From an archaeon (lineage in GTDB: Archaea; B1Sed10-29; JAVZDC01), in the NCBI GenBank assembly GCA_038874115.1, contig JAVZDC010000001.1, positions 266,871 through 330,870 on the forward strand: DNA of 64,000 nt, given 5' to 3'. Within the stretch, counting starts at the first letter, position 1. Each line of letters begins with the position of its first letter. This document shows, piece by piece, positions 10,281 to 20,409 of this stretch. The notes under the pieces were generated by a model. It ran no database searches, was not told the DNA's origin, and saw only the letters and a list, made by a program, of their open reading frames with translations. The position numbers and the translations under genes were made by a program.

Positions 10281-11056
10281 GGTTTTATCTTAACTATGTC
10301 CGCCCCTCCAGACGGTAAAATTTCAAGAAGCCAAGATTTTTCAAAGACCTTTCCAGGATAAAGTTTTTGCAAAGATGTATACAATTTATCAACTATTTCT
10401 TTTTTGGTTACTGATGGATCTGGTTTAATTAAAATATATGGAAAGTCTTTATCTCTTATTTCTAATTCTGGTAAAACAGCTAATTTCTCATCCAAAAAAC
10501 AAACTCCGAGCAACAACTCCATATTTTTAAACCATTTTCTTTCTCCAAGAAGAACAAAAGAGCCTTTTGGTAAATATTCTCCAGGCTTAGCCGCAAGTTT
10601 AACTTGATCTTTTCTAACGCAATACACTGAAATTGGAATCCCCATTTTCCATGCAGAGCTAAAGCATGCTGCAAATTGAGCTGTTTTATTAAGAACAGAT
10701 TCAGGGGCATTTAACCCGTTTTTCAAAATAACTACGGAAGCTCCATGGATATCAGCATGGAAGAAAAGATCAGAATCTTCAAAATACTTTCTCACAAGAA
10801 TTTCATTTGTCTGGGCATCTTTGCCGCCAATAACTAAAAAATTTTCAATAATTGTCCAATGAAACTTTTCATACCATTCTTTCTCTCTCACGATTTTTTT
10901 AACTTTTACTTTGGGAGTATAACTTTCTAGATTGGCCTGTGTATCTTGTATTGCTTTCAGTAAACCTTTCTTTTTCATTTTTAATTTTTTAATTGCTTCG
11001 TAAACATCAGAAATATTCTTCTGAACAGACTCAAGATAGTTTATCTTTATCTCCAC
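10277..11056 (-). CDS. NFACT-R/DUF814 RNA-binding domain protein (short Rqc2/NEMF-like)
   Basis: WYEKFHW, IGGKDAQTNEILV, FHADIHGAS, SSAW, GEYLPKGSF. Confidence 0.88.
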   Translation of the reverse strand: MEIKINYLESVQKNISDVYEAIKKLKMKKKGLLKAIQDTQANLESYTPKVKVKKIVREKEWYEKFHWTIIENFLVIGGKDAQTNEILVRKYFEDSDLFFHADIHGASVVILKNGLNAPESVLNKTAQFAACFSSAWKMGIPISVYCVRKDQVKLAAKPGEYLPKGSFVLLGERKWFKNMELLLGVCFLDEKLAVLPELEIRDKDFPYILIKPDPSVTKKEIVDKLYTSLQKLYPGKVFEKSWLLEILPSGGADIVKIKP

Positions 11057-13046
11057 GCACCCACCCTTTTTTCGAAGGACATTTTAGGTCTAAACACATT
11101 TCAAAAGATCTTTTTTTATTCGATATTTTTATTTTTGGAGTTTTGCATAACGGACACAGTTCTCCCAAAGGAGTAATTTTTCCTTTTGCAGGTAAGGGGA
11201 AAGATACTTTGCAACCTTTTGAATAGTTTGTGCAACCTACAAATCTTTTTTTATTTTTCGATGTTATAACAATTAAGTTTCCTCCGCATGAGCAAACACC
11301 CAAAACCTGATTTGTTCGAATTGCTGATTTTAGCTCATTAGCAATTTTTTCAGAATTTTTATCTATTTGAGAATAAAGTTCCAACAGCATCTGCCTTGAC
11401 TCGGAAACAACATTCTCTTTTTTCTTTTGCCCAAGTTCTACCTTATTCATTTCTTCCTCTAGTGCAGAGGTCATATCTGGTTTTGTTATCGCTGGAACGT
11501 ACTTACTTAAAATATCGATAACTGCGAAAGCGATTGGAGATGGAGAAAAGGTTTTTTTGCCAACCAAATAGCCTCTGTCAATAAGTTTCTGCAATATCTC
11601 TGCTCTCGTTGATTTTGTACCGAGGTTCAAATCTTCCATCTCTTTTAAAAGAGCTGCGGGGGTATACCTTGGTTTTGGTTTTGTAAAATCTTGCTTAAAA
11701 GCGATTTTCACTGGAATTACTTCCCCTTCTTTTAATTGAGGTAAATAAATTTCTTCTTGCTTCGAATATGGGTAATAATATTTCCATCCAGCATCAATGA
11801 TCCTTCTACCATGTGCTATGTATTTTTGACCATTCGCTTCCAAAATTATTTTTAAACTTTCCAATTTTTCATTTGGTGCTAAAGTTGCAAAAAATCTCCT
11901 AACAACAAGTTCATAAATCATCCATTCTTGCTTTGATAGTTCCGAAGGGGAAGCGTTTTCTACAGGGTGGATTGGAGGGTGATCAGTAGTTGCTTTTTTT
12001 CCTGAGGTAGGGGTAATTTTTGGAAGTTTTAAAAGAGATTGGGCAAGGTTCGAAAAAACTCCTTTTGAAAGTTTATTTAAAATTTCCTTCAAATTTAAAG
12101 ATTTTGGATAAACTGTATTATCTGTTCTTGGGTAAGAAATATATCCTTCCATGTATAACTTTTCTGCAATCTGCATAGCTCTTTGTGGTTGAAAACCTAA
12201 AAACGAGCAAGCTCTTAAAAATTCAGTTGTATTAAACGGTTCGGGTGGGCTTATCTCTAAAATTTTAGACGTAGATTTAACTACTTTTGCTTCAGAAGGA
12301 TTTGAGGACAACACTTTCTCAAACTCAGATTTATCAAAAAATTTTTCTTTTTCATGAATCGCGACGAAAGTTTCCCCGTTTTTCTCACATTTTAAATAAA
12401 TTACCCAAAAAGGATCTGGTTTAAAGTTTAAAATCTCTTTTTCCCTCTGAACAACCAAAGCTAACATCGGGGTTTGGACCCTGCCTGCTGAAAGAAAATC
12501 TTTACCAAGTCGATTAGAAGTTAAAGAAAGATAACGGGTTAAAACAGCACCCCAAATTAAATCTATTTCTCTTCGAGTATCTGCAGCATCAGCTAAGTTC
12601 CAATTAAATTCAACAAGGTTTGAAAATGCTTTTTTTATTTCTTCAGGAGTTATTGCAGAAAAAACAGCTCGCAGATACGGGATTTTTTTTACACTCAACA
12701 AAATACTTAATGCTTCTTTTCCTATGCTTTCTCCTTCGCGATCGTAATCTGTACTAATTATAATCTCGTCTGCGTCTTTTACCAATTGTTCCAAAGCCGC
12801 ACAAATTTTATCATTTATCTTTCTAAGAATTATAGGGGCAAAAATAAGTTCTTTTGGATTTACTTTCGTCCAATTCGAGTATTCATCTGGAAAATCTACA
12901 TCAAAAACATGCCCTTTCAAAGGGAAAAAAATAGAATCTCCAACTGAATAGTATTCGATACCAAGTAAACGATTTGTCTTATACTTTCCAAAAATACTTG
13001 CAATCTTTTGAGCTGCAATTGGTTTCTCAACAATTACTAATTTCAT
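11031..13046 (-). CDS. topA: DNA topoisomerase IA with C-terminal zinc ribbons
   Basis: IVEKP, TDYDREGE, SAGRVQ, ISYPRTD (catalytic Tyr), HPPIHP, LGTKSTR. Confidence 0.96.
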   Translation of the reverse strand: MKLVIVEKPIAAQKIASIFGKYKTNRLLGIEYYSVGDSIFFPLKGHVFDVDFPDEYSNWTKVNPKELIFAPIILRKINDKICAALEQLVKDADEIIISTDYDREGESIGKEALSILLSVKKIPYLRAVFSAITPEEIKKAFSNLVEFNWNLADAADTRREIDLIWGAVLTRYLSLTSNRLGKDFLSAGRVQTPMLALVVQREKEILNFKPDPFWVIYLKCEKNGETFVAIHEKEKFFDKSEFEKVLSSNPSEAKVVKSTSKILEISPPEPFNTTEFLRACSFLGFQPQRAMQIAEKLYMEGYISYPRTDNTVYPKSLNLKEILNKLSKGVFSNLAQSLLKLPKITPTSGKKATTDHPPIHPVENASPSELSKQEWMIYELVVRRFFATLAPNEKLESLKIILEANGQKYIAHGRRIIDAGWKYYYPYSKQEEIYLPQLKEGEVIPVKIAFKQDFTKPKPRYTPAALLKEMEDLNLGTKSTRAEILQKLIDRGYLVGKKTFSPSPIAFAVIDILSKYVPAITKPDMTSALEEEMNKVELGQKKKENVVSESRQMLLELYSQIDKNSEKIANELKSAIRTNQVLGVCSCGGNLIVITSKNKKRFVGCTNYSKGCKVSFPLPAKGKITPLGELCPLCKTPKIKISNKKRSFEMCLDLKCPSKKGWVRGDKDKLS

Positions 13047-13798
13047 TTCTTTCTAACCATTTTTCTAGTTTTTACTTTTACGATAGGATATCTATTCAAA
13101 TAAAGCACGCTTGCGTATATTTGTAAGAATGGCACTATGAAAAAGGCTGTTAAAAGAAGGGAAAAAATCTTGTGTTCCCAAACGAAATAAAAGCCAAGAA
13201 ATACTTCAAAAACTGCTGCCAAAAATAGAAGTACCAGCCCTACAACAAGGTATTTCAAATAGTATATCGGAGAAGATAAAAAGAAAGTTAGCGAGTCTTT
13301 TAAAGTTTTTTCTAAACCAAAATCATCCATAACCATTATTTGTGGAGCAAATAAAAGTGGGAGCCAAAGCAAAAATATTATTAATTGTGTGAAAAAGTAA
13401 GGGACATGTAAATAAGTTAAAAAAACTCCTACAGAAATTGTTAGAAGGATAATGAATAGGAAGAAAATAAAAAGATCCTTTAAATATTTTTGAAAGAATT
13501 TTAAAACTCTCGCAAAGCCAACATGGTCGTAAGTTTCTTGAAGTTTAACTATGCTTATCATTGCTGCACAAAAAGCTGCTAAAAAGAAAGGAGTGAGAAT
13601 AGTGAAAAAAGCGATAACAATTCCGGAAATTAAACTAAAATCTAAATATATTGAAGAAAATCTAATAAACCCACTACCTATGGTAACGTAAGATTCGATA
13701 AAAGGTAATAGAGTCAGAGAATATAAAACTGCAAAACTAAATACGAATATAACATCTAGATTTTTCAAATAATATTCGAATGATTTTTGAAGAGACAT
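13043..13798 (-). CDS. Hypothetical multi-pass membrane protein
   Basis: About 6 hydrophobic segments. Confidence 0.75.
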   Translation of the reverse strand: MSLQKSFEYYLKNLDVIFVFSFAVLYSLTLLPFIESYVTIGSGFIRFSSIYLDFSLISGIVIAFFTILTPFFLAAFCAAMISIVKLQETYDHVGFARVLKFFQKYLKDLFIFFLFIILLTISVGVFLTYLHVPYFFTQLIIFLLWLPLLFAPQIMVMDDFGLEKTLKDSLTFFLSSPIYYLKYLVVGLVLLFLAAVFEVFLGFYFVWEHKIFSLLLTAFFIVPFLQIYASVLYLNRYPIVKVKTRKMVRKK

Positions 13799-13832
13799 CA
13801 GACCACCTATAAAATTAAATCAATTCTTATAT

Positions 13833-15041
13833 TTATACTATTTCTCCTTTTAACCCTCTTTCCGAAAAACCAGTAATTCTTACCTTAGTTATGTCTCCTG
13901 TTTTTCCTTTTACCGAGACAGGTAAATAGTTAAAAGCTCTGGAGGTATCTAAAATTAAACATTCTATTTCTCTCCCCAAAAACTTTCTATTATTTTCCAA
14001 AGCCAATTTCCTACAAATTTCCGAAAGTTCTACGCTTCTTTTTTTAATGATTTTTGTATCTACTTTTTTCATCGATTTTGCAGGAGTATTCAGCCTTGGA
14101 TAAAATTTCGAGAGGTTTACTATTGCAGGTCTAGTTTGATTTAAAAGTTCTACCGTCTTAAGATGATCATCATCTTTTTCTCCTGGAAAACCAACGATTA
14201 TATCAGTCGAAATTGTGATGTCTGGGAACTTTTCTTTGAAAAAGAAAACTAAATCTGAAAAATCTTTTGCTGTGTGACCCCTATGCATCGATCTTAAAAT
14301 TTCATCCGATCCGCTTTGAACTGGAAGATGTAAGAATTGGAAAAAAATCGGGGATTCAAGAGATTTTGCTATAACTTCTTTATATTTTTTAATATATTGT
14401 GGGTTCGCCATGCCAAGTCTTACTTTAAATTCCCCCTCAACTTTCGATATTTTTTCTAAAAGAGATCCAATGTTCGTACCTATGTCAAGTCCATAGCATC
14501 CACAATCTTGAGCAGTTAACAAAATTTCTTTTTTTCCAGCTTGGACTGCTCTTTCCAAAGTTAAAACTATATCTCTTTCCGAATAACTTCTAAGATTACC
14601 TCGCGCATTTTTTGTGGCGCAAAAAGAACATCGAGACAAGCATCCTTCGCATATTGGAATTATAGCCGTAAAGCCTTCCCCATAGAAATCGAGTTTATTC
14701 AAAGATTTGGAAGATATGAAGATTTCTCTTTTTTCTAAAGCTTGAGGCAAAAAATCCAAGGAATTTGAATCTACGATAGAAACCGGATATTTTTGAAGCC
14801 TTTCAAAATTTATCTTTGGTAAGCAACCAGTGACCACTACTTTTTTATTTGCTTTCAAATATTTTTCGATTAAAAAAAACATTCTATTTTCAGTAGTGTT
14901 TTTTACCCCGCATGTATTTAAAATTACAGCATCTGCGTGCTCAAGTCTTTTACAAAAGACATTTTTATTTAATACTTTTTTTATGTATCCTTCGTCAGCT
15001 TTATTAAAAGTGCATCCAAAAGTTTGCAAAAATATTCGCAT
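13833..15041 (-). CDS. tRNA methylthiotransferase (MiaB/MtaB family, probably t6A37 methylthiotransferase)
   Basis: TFGCTFN, NTCGV, VTGC, radical SAM GCLSRCSFC, HLPVQSGS, TDIIVGFPGE. Confidence 0.9.
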   Translation of the reverse strand: MRIFLQTFGCTFNKADEGYIKKVLNKNVFCKRLEHADAVILNTCGVKNTTENRMFFLIEKYLKANKKVVVTGCLPKINFERLQKYPVSIVDSNSLDFLPQALEKREIFISSKSLNKLDFYGEGFTAIIPICEGCLSRCSFCATKNARGNLRSYSERDIVLTLERAVQAGKKEILLTAQDCGCYGLDIGTNIGSLLEKISKVEGEFKVRLGMANPQYIKKYKEVIAKSLESPIFFQFLHLPVQSGSDEILRSMHRGHTAKDFSDLVFFFKEKFPDITISTDIIVGFPGEKDDDHLKTVELLNQTRPAIVNLSKFYPRLNTPAKSMKKVDTKIIKKRSVELSEICRKLALENNRKFLGREIECLILDTSRAFNYLPVSVKGKTGDITKVRITGFSERGLKGEIV

Positions 15042-15044
15042 ATC

Positions 15045-15335
15045 CTATCTTTTTTTGAAAAAATCAAAAGCATACCTGAGTAGCCCGCCAAAAAGCAGTG
15101 CTCCGGACAAGATTAAAGGTAATCCTCCGCCAGCCGCAGTAAATTTGCTAGCGTCCATCATCGAGAAAGTTTGAAAAAGAATAATATTTAAAAATAAGTA
15201 AGAAACAAAAACCAAGAAACTCGGTAAAACATAGTATATCCAATGCTCAAATTTTATCCCGAGTTCTTCCAAAGGTTCTTTTAAAAAAGAGCCAAGTATA
15301 AAACCTCCAATGAAAACAAAGACAGCATCCAACAT
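15045..15335 (-). CDS. Small membrane protein
   Basis: 3 hydrophobic segments. Confidence 0.6.
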   Translation of the reverse strand: MLDAVFVFIGGFILGSFLKEPLEELGIKFEHWIYYVLPSFLVFVSYLFLNIILFQTFSMMDASKFTAAGGGLPLILSGALLFGGLLRYAFDFFKKR

Positions 15336-15387
15336 AAATTATTTTTTGGGGAAATAAATATATAAAAGTATTGTACATTATTTATCC

Positions 15388-16362
15388 ATGGATGTTATTC
15401 CTTGGGTAGAAAAATATAGGCCGAAGAAATTAAAAGAAATTGTTGGGCATGAAGAAATAATAAAAAGATTGGAAAATTATGTGCAAACAAAAAATTTACC
15501 TAATTTTCTTTTTGCCGGACCTGCAGGGGTTGGTAAAACCGCGACTGTTTTAGCCTTGGCTCATGAACTTTTCAAAGATACAATATCTCAAAACTTTTTA
15601 GAATTGAATGCAAGTGATGAAAGGGGGATTGATGTAATAAGGGGAAAAATAAAAGATTTTGCTGCCACGCTTCCGTATGGAGACGTAAAATTTAAGATAA
15701 TATTTTTGGATGAAGCTGATGCTTTAACAAAAGATGCACAAAATGCGCTGAGAAGGACGATGGAAACCTATGCCAACACAACTAGATTTTGTCTAAGTTG
15801 TAATTATAGCAGCAGAATAATAGAACCTATTCAAAGTAGATGCGTGCTTCTCAGATTTAAACCTCTTTCAAAAGAGGAAATTATCAAAAGGTTAAAAATG
15901 ATTGCTGAAAAGGAAAAAGTTAATTGCACAGACGACGGGTATGAAGCATTAGTTTATGCTTCAGAAGGAGATTTGAGAAAGGCGATAAACTTATTACAGA
16001 CTGCAAGTGCATTAGGTGAAAAGGTTACTGAAAAAATTGTTTTTAAAATTGCTGCTAGAGCAAGGCCAAAAGAAGTTAAAGAACTTATAGAATATGCGTT
16101 AAAAGGAAAGTTTGAAGCGTCTCGTGAAAAATTGGATTTTTTACTTTATGAATATGGTTTAAGCGGAGAAGACATCATGCTTCAAATCTATAAAGAGATC
16201 ATAAACTCGAAATTAGACCCAAGACATAAAGTGGAATTAATAGATAAAATCGGGGAATATGATTTTAGGCTTAGTGAAGGCGCGAATGAAAGAATACAAT
16301 TAGAAGCAATGCTAGCTTATTTTGTTTTGTTTGGAGAAAAAAATAAATTAACTGAAGTTTAG
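15388..16362 (+). CDS. rfcS: Replication factor C small subunit
   Basis: PWVEKYRP, GPAGVGKT, ELNASDERG, DEAD, SRC motif; no intein. Confidence 0.97.
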   Translation: MDVIPWVEKYRPKKLKEIVGHEEIIKRLENYVQTKNLPNFLFAGPAGVGKTATVLALAHELFKDTISQNFLELNASDERGIDVIRGKIKDFAATLPYGDVKFKIIFLDEADALTKDAQNALRRTMETYANTTRFCLSCNYSSRIIEPIQSRCVLLRFKPLSKEEIIKRLKMIAEKEKVNCTDDGYEALVYASEGDLRKAINLLQTASALGEKVTEKIVFKIAARARPKEVKELIEYALKGKFEASREKLDFLLYEYGLSGEDIMLQIYKEIINSKLDPRHKVELIDKIGEYDFRLSEGANERIQLEAMLAYFVLFGEKNKLTEV

Positions 16363-17379
16363 AGAAAACCTTAAAATGGCTACAATCCCACCAAAAGCTG
16401 CTAATTTTTTACTTTCTTCGTTTTCGTGAGAAATAAATAAAACTTTGGCTCCCTTTTTCTCCACTTCTTCTAAAATCTGTTCCAAATTTTCTCTTTTCTC
16501 AAAAAGTAAAGAATCCAATACTAAAAGAGTATCAACTGCTCCACAAGTAATTGCCTCTTTTATTTGCTCAAAACCGTACGCTACTTTCGATGAATCTTTT
16601 GAAAGTTGTTCTATAAAACTATCTATAGCTTTTGTTTCTTGAGAAAATCTATTCTGACGAATTAATTTTTCCAAAGTTCCTTTTTTCACAAGTTCATAAA
16701 CTCCTTGTGCTCCTGTGTTTCCCGTACTTTCAATAAGTGTTTTTTCTGCTAGTTGCTTATTTTTCTCTTTCAAGAATTTATAGAAGTTTTCTTTTTCAAA
16801 ACCAGGCCCGGCTAAAATTAGAAAATCAATTTCAGATTTTGAAATTAAATTATAAATATCTTTAAAATATTCCGTCTTTTCTCCCATGCCTTCTTTTATA
16901 CCTGAAGTACTTACTTGTCCTTTACTTTTTATCCCTGATAAAAATATTTGAAAAAGCTCTGCTTCCCTTTCATCAAGCACTAAAATCGATAATTTTGGTT
17001 TTTTACTTTCTTCCTGCGCCTCTAAAAGACGAGAAATTTCATGTTTTTTCCAAACCTGTTTTTGAATTGTTATCCGATCGTTTATAGATACATCTATAGA
17101 ATGGTATGCTCCTTTTGGTGCATACTCCTCTGGGTTCGCTTCCAGAATTTTTCCTAAAATTCTAAGAGATTGGAAATTTGGATTAAATTCTACTTTTTCC
17201 ACAGATATTTTCAAAATAATTGGTTTTTTCTCCGCCCGACCGCCTTCTGAAATAAATTTACGGTGTGTAAAAGCAGTAACTTGATCCCCGGGAGAAATTA
17301 CTTTTTCTAAATGCCATAAATCCTCCAAACTTTCTATTTTTACTTTCTTTATATTTTCCGATTCATCAAAAACATGCAT
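16348..17379 (-). CDS. pelA: Pelota/Dom34 ribosome rescue factor
   Basis: EDLWHL, LRILG, AGPGFEK, VAYG, FGGIVAILRF. Confidence 0.95.
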   Translation of the reverse strand: MHVFDESENIKKVKIESLEDLWHLEKVISPGDQVTAFTHRKFISEGGRAEKKPIILKISVEKVEFNPNFQSLRILGKILEANPEEYAPKGAYHSIDVSINDRITIQKQVWKKHEISRLLEAQEESKKPKLSILVLDEREAELFQIFLSGIKSKGQVSTSGIKEGMGEKTEYFKDIYNLISKSEIDFLILAGPGFEKENFYKFLKEKNKQLAEKTLIESTGNTGAQGVYELVKKGTLEKLIRQNRFSQETKAIDSFIEQLSKDSSKVAYGFEQIKEAITCGAVDTLLVLDSLLFEKRENLEQILEEVEKKGAKVLFISHENEESKKLAAFGGIVAILRFSLNFS

Positions 17380-17413
17380 AATCTTTATATATTTCCTTTA
17401 ATTATAAGTTTTT

Positions 17414-17608
17414 ATGCAGGTGGATAAAATTGGGTTAATATTCTTAATCGTCGGCCTTTTAATTTTGGGTGGAATGTTTACTTTTGTCATCCCAGGCGGA
17501 TTTTCCATATCCGGAATTATTAATGCTTTTTGGCTATTGGTTCAAGGGGGTCTTATTCTAGCGGGCATTATGTTCTTATTTTTCGGATTTCTTCTAATGT
17601 TTTTTTAA
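17414..17608 (+). CDS. Small 2-TM membrane protein
   Basis: 64 aa hydrophobic ORF upstream of ABCE1. Confidence 0.6.
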   Translation: MQVDKIGLIFLIVGLLILGGMFTFVIPGGFSISGIINAFWLLVQGGLILAGIMFLFFGFLLMFF

Positions 17609-17619
17609 GTTGAGCTAAA

Positions 17620-19299
17620 ATGAGGATTGCTGTTATTGATAAAACTAAATGTCAACCTAGAAAATGCAATTTTACCTGTATTTCAGTATGTCCTGGAGTT
17701 AAGACTGGGAAAAAAACTATAGTTGAGGAAAATAATTTTCCGGTGATTTATGAAAATCTTTGCATCGGATGCGGAATATGTGTTAAAAAGTGTCCGTTTA
17801 ATGCGATAAAAATAGAAAATTTAGCTGAGGAAAAAGGATACTTGGCTTATAGATATGGGAAAAATGGGTTTGGAATTTTCAATTTGCCCATTCCAGATAA
17901 AGGAGTCGGGGTCATAATAGGAAGTAATGGTATTGGAAAAACGACGACTTTAAAAATACTTTCTGGAAGCTTAAAAGTAGATTTTCAAAATTTTCCAAAG
18001 CAAGCTCAAGATTGGTTAAAAGAAGAAAGAAGTGTGGTTGTTAAACCTCAAGAATTAAAAATAAGTAAAAAAGAAAAGGTCAAAGATGTGATTTTAAGAA
18101 ACGATGAAAGAAAAGTAGCACCAGAGATCATAAAAAAGTTAGAATTAAATGATTCTTTGGATAAAGATTTGGATGAATTAAGTGGGGGAGAATTGCAAAG
18201 AGTTGCTATTGCTTGTGCTTGTTGTAAGAAGGCAGAATTTTATTTTTTTGATGAACCTTGTTCTTTTTTAGATATAAAACAAAGGCTAAATGTTGCTGAG
18301 GTTTTGAAAGATTTGAGCAAAGAAGCAAACGTTCTGGTTATTGAGCATGATTTAGCTGTGCTTGATTATCTTGCAGATTATGTCTACATCATTTATGGAA
18401 AACCAGGGGTATTTGGAGTTTGTTCAAATAAAAAGAATGCGAGAGTTGGGGTAAATGAATATCTTTTTGGTTTCTTGAAATCCGAGAATGTAAGGATCAG
18501 GGATTTTGAGTATACTTTTGAGAAGAAACCTCCAGCCTCTGAATGGAAAGGTAAGAAATATGTAGAATATCCTTCTTTTGAGAAAAAATGGCCTAGTTTT
18601 GAGCTTAAAGTTGAAGGGGGTAGATTGATAAAAGGAGAGGTTGTCGGTTTGGTTGGTCCAAATGCGATTGGAAAAACAACCTTTGTAAGAGTTTTAGCTG
18701 GAGAAATAGATATTGGGAAAAAGATAGATTTGGGAAAAGTCGCATATAAACCTCAGTATTTAAACATAAATTCTGAAAAAACTGTTTTTGATTTCTTAAA
18801 TTCTCAAAAATTGGATCAAGCTATCTTTGAAGAAACAAAAAGTTTTGTTTCTGAACTTTTCGATAAACAAGTTAACACACTTTCGGGTGGAGAATTACAA
18901 AGAGTTGCAATAGTAAATGCTTTATGTTTACCTTCTGAAATTTGCCTTTTAGATGAACCTTCTGCATATTTGGATATTGAACAACGAATAAGTTTAGCAA
19001 AACTTATAAAAAAGATTACTGAGAAAACGGAAAGAATTAGCTTGGTTGTAGATCATGACATCTCATTCATAGATTCTATCTCGAATCGATTAATAGTATT
19101 TAATGGAGAACCTGGGAAAAAAGGTTTTGCAAATGCTCCAGTAAGCATGAGAGAAGGAATGAACTCCTTGTTGAAAAATTTTGATATAACATTTAGGAGG
19201 GATAAAGATACTGGAAGGCCAAGAATGAATAAAAAAGGTTCGCAAAAAGATATTGAACAAAAAAAGATGGGAGAATATTACTATGTTATCTCCGAATGA
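17620..19299 (+). CDS. rli: ABCE1/RLI ribosome recycling ATPase
   Basis: N-terminal FeS cysteines (CIGCGICVKKCP), two ABC domains with LSGGELQR, TFRRD..GRPR. Confidence 0.97.
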   Translation: MRIAVIDKTKCQPRKCNFTCISVCPGVKTGKKTIVEENNFPVIYENLCIGCGICVKKCPFNAIKIENLAEEKGYLAYRYGKNGFGIFNLPIPDKGVGVIIGSNGIGKTTTLKILSGSLKVDFQNFPKQAQDWLKEERSVVVKPQELKISKKEKVKDVILRNDERKVAPEIIKKLELNDSLDKDLDELSGGELQRVAIACACCKKAEFYFFDEPCSFLDIKQRLNVAEVLKDLSKEANVLVIEHDLAVLDYLADYVYIIYGKPGVFGVCSNKKNARVGVNEYLFGFLKSENVRIRDFEYTFEKKPPASEWKGKKYVEYPSFEKKWPSFELKVEGGRLIKGEVVGLVGPNAIGKTTFVRVLAGEIDIGKKIDLGKVAYKPQYLNINSEKTVFDFLNSQKLDQAIFEETKSFVSELFDKQVNTLSGGELQRVAIVNALCLPSEICLLDEPSAYLDIEQRISLAKLIKKITEKTERISLVVDHDISFIDSISNRLIVFNGEPGKKGFANAPVSMREGMNSLLKNFDITFRRDKDTGRPRMNKKGSQKDIEQKKMGEYYYVISE

Positions 19300-20050
19300 A
19301 CTTAATGAAATAATTGAAAACTTGGATATTGAATTTTCCGATTCTTGTTTTGAAAAAGAACTTTACGAAGCTTTAGATAGAAATTGTTTTGGGGATGTAG
19401 TGTTTTTTTCAGGGGGCGTCGATTCAACTCTTTTGGCTTATTTAGCAAATAAAAAGAAAAAAGTAATATGTTGTACTTGTGGAATCCCTGGTGCTGAAGA
19501 CTTAATCTTTGCTGAAAAAGTTTGTGAAAAAATGAATTGGTTGTGGCAACCAATAATCGTTGAAGATTTAAAAGAATACATAAAAGAAGTTATGAGAATA
19601 ACTCATAGAAAAGATCCTTTGGGAATCTCTCTAGGGTTAATTACATACTTGATTTTGAGTTCCAGACCTGAAAAAGTTTTTATATCTGGCTTGGGTGCTG
19701 AAGATTTATTTGCTGGGTATTCTAGGTTTAAAAAAGCAAAAAATTATGACGAATTGCACAAAATGCTTTACGATTCTTTGAAAGAACTTCCAAAAAGAGA
19801 CTATGAAAAAGATTATTTGATTGCAAGAGAACTTGGGAAAGAAATAATTTATCCTTTTTTAAGTAAAGAAGTTTTGCAAATTGCCATGAAAATACATCCA
19901 AAATATAAGCTGGGAGACCAAAATAAGTTGATTTTGAGAAAAATTGCATCAAAATACATTCCAGACTTTTCCGTTTATCGGATTAAAAGAGCAGCGCAAT
20001 TTGGTTCTGGTTTTTGGAAAAAAGTTAAGAAAATTTTAAAAGAAGTTTAA
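19283..20050 (+). CDS. Asparagine-synthase C-terminal (synthetase) domain protein without a glutaminase domain
   Basis: FSGGVDS PP-loop, SGLGAEDLFAGY, YPFL, KRAAQFGSG. Confidence 0.8.
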   Translation: MLSPNELNEIIENLDIEFSDSCFEKELYEALDRNCFGDVVFFSGGVDSTLLAYLANKKKKVICCTCGIPGAEDLIFAEKVCEKMNWLWQPIIVEDLKEYIKEVMRITHRKDPLGISLGLITYLILSSRPEKVFISGLGAEDLFAGYSRFKKAKNYDELHKMLYDSLKELPKRDYEKDYLIARELGKEIIYPFLSKEVLQIAMKIHPKYKLGDQNKLILRKIASKYIPDFSVYRIKRAAQFGSGFWKKVKKILKEV

Positions 20051-20409
20051 AAAACTATAATTTTGACTCCAAAAACCTTTTCCATAATTTCTTTTGCTTT
20101 TGGTGATGATTTTAATAGCATTAGGTCTGGTTTTTCTACATTAATTATTCTAGAAAGTTTATCAATCAAGCTTCCCCATTCATCGTATATTTTACATTTT
20201 GGACCAAATTTCTCAGAAAAAAACTCCAAAGTTTTTTGTTTATTCTTAATTTCTGTAGAAAAAGCAAGAGTTGAATTATCGCTATGTTCGACAATGTTTA
20301 CTAAAATAATTTTATCTGCAGAAGAACAAAACTCCAAATATTTTTCAAAAAGTTCGGACTCGTCTCCAGATATTATTGGGATTATAACCTTATGCGCGCA
20401 CATATACAC
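20047..20409 (-). CDS. Universal stress protein (USP)-like small protein
   Basis: KVIIPI..IILVNIV..EWGS..I..EKPDLMLL pattern similar to the USP fold. Confidence 0.5.
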   Translation of the reverse strand: MYMCAHKVIIPIISGDESELFEKYLEFCSSADKIILVNIVEHSDNSTLAFSTEIKNKQKTLEFFSEKFGPKCKIYDEWGSLIDKLSRIINVEKPDLMLLKSSPKAKEIMEKVFGVKIIVF

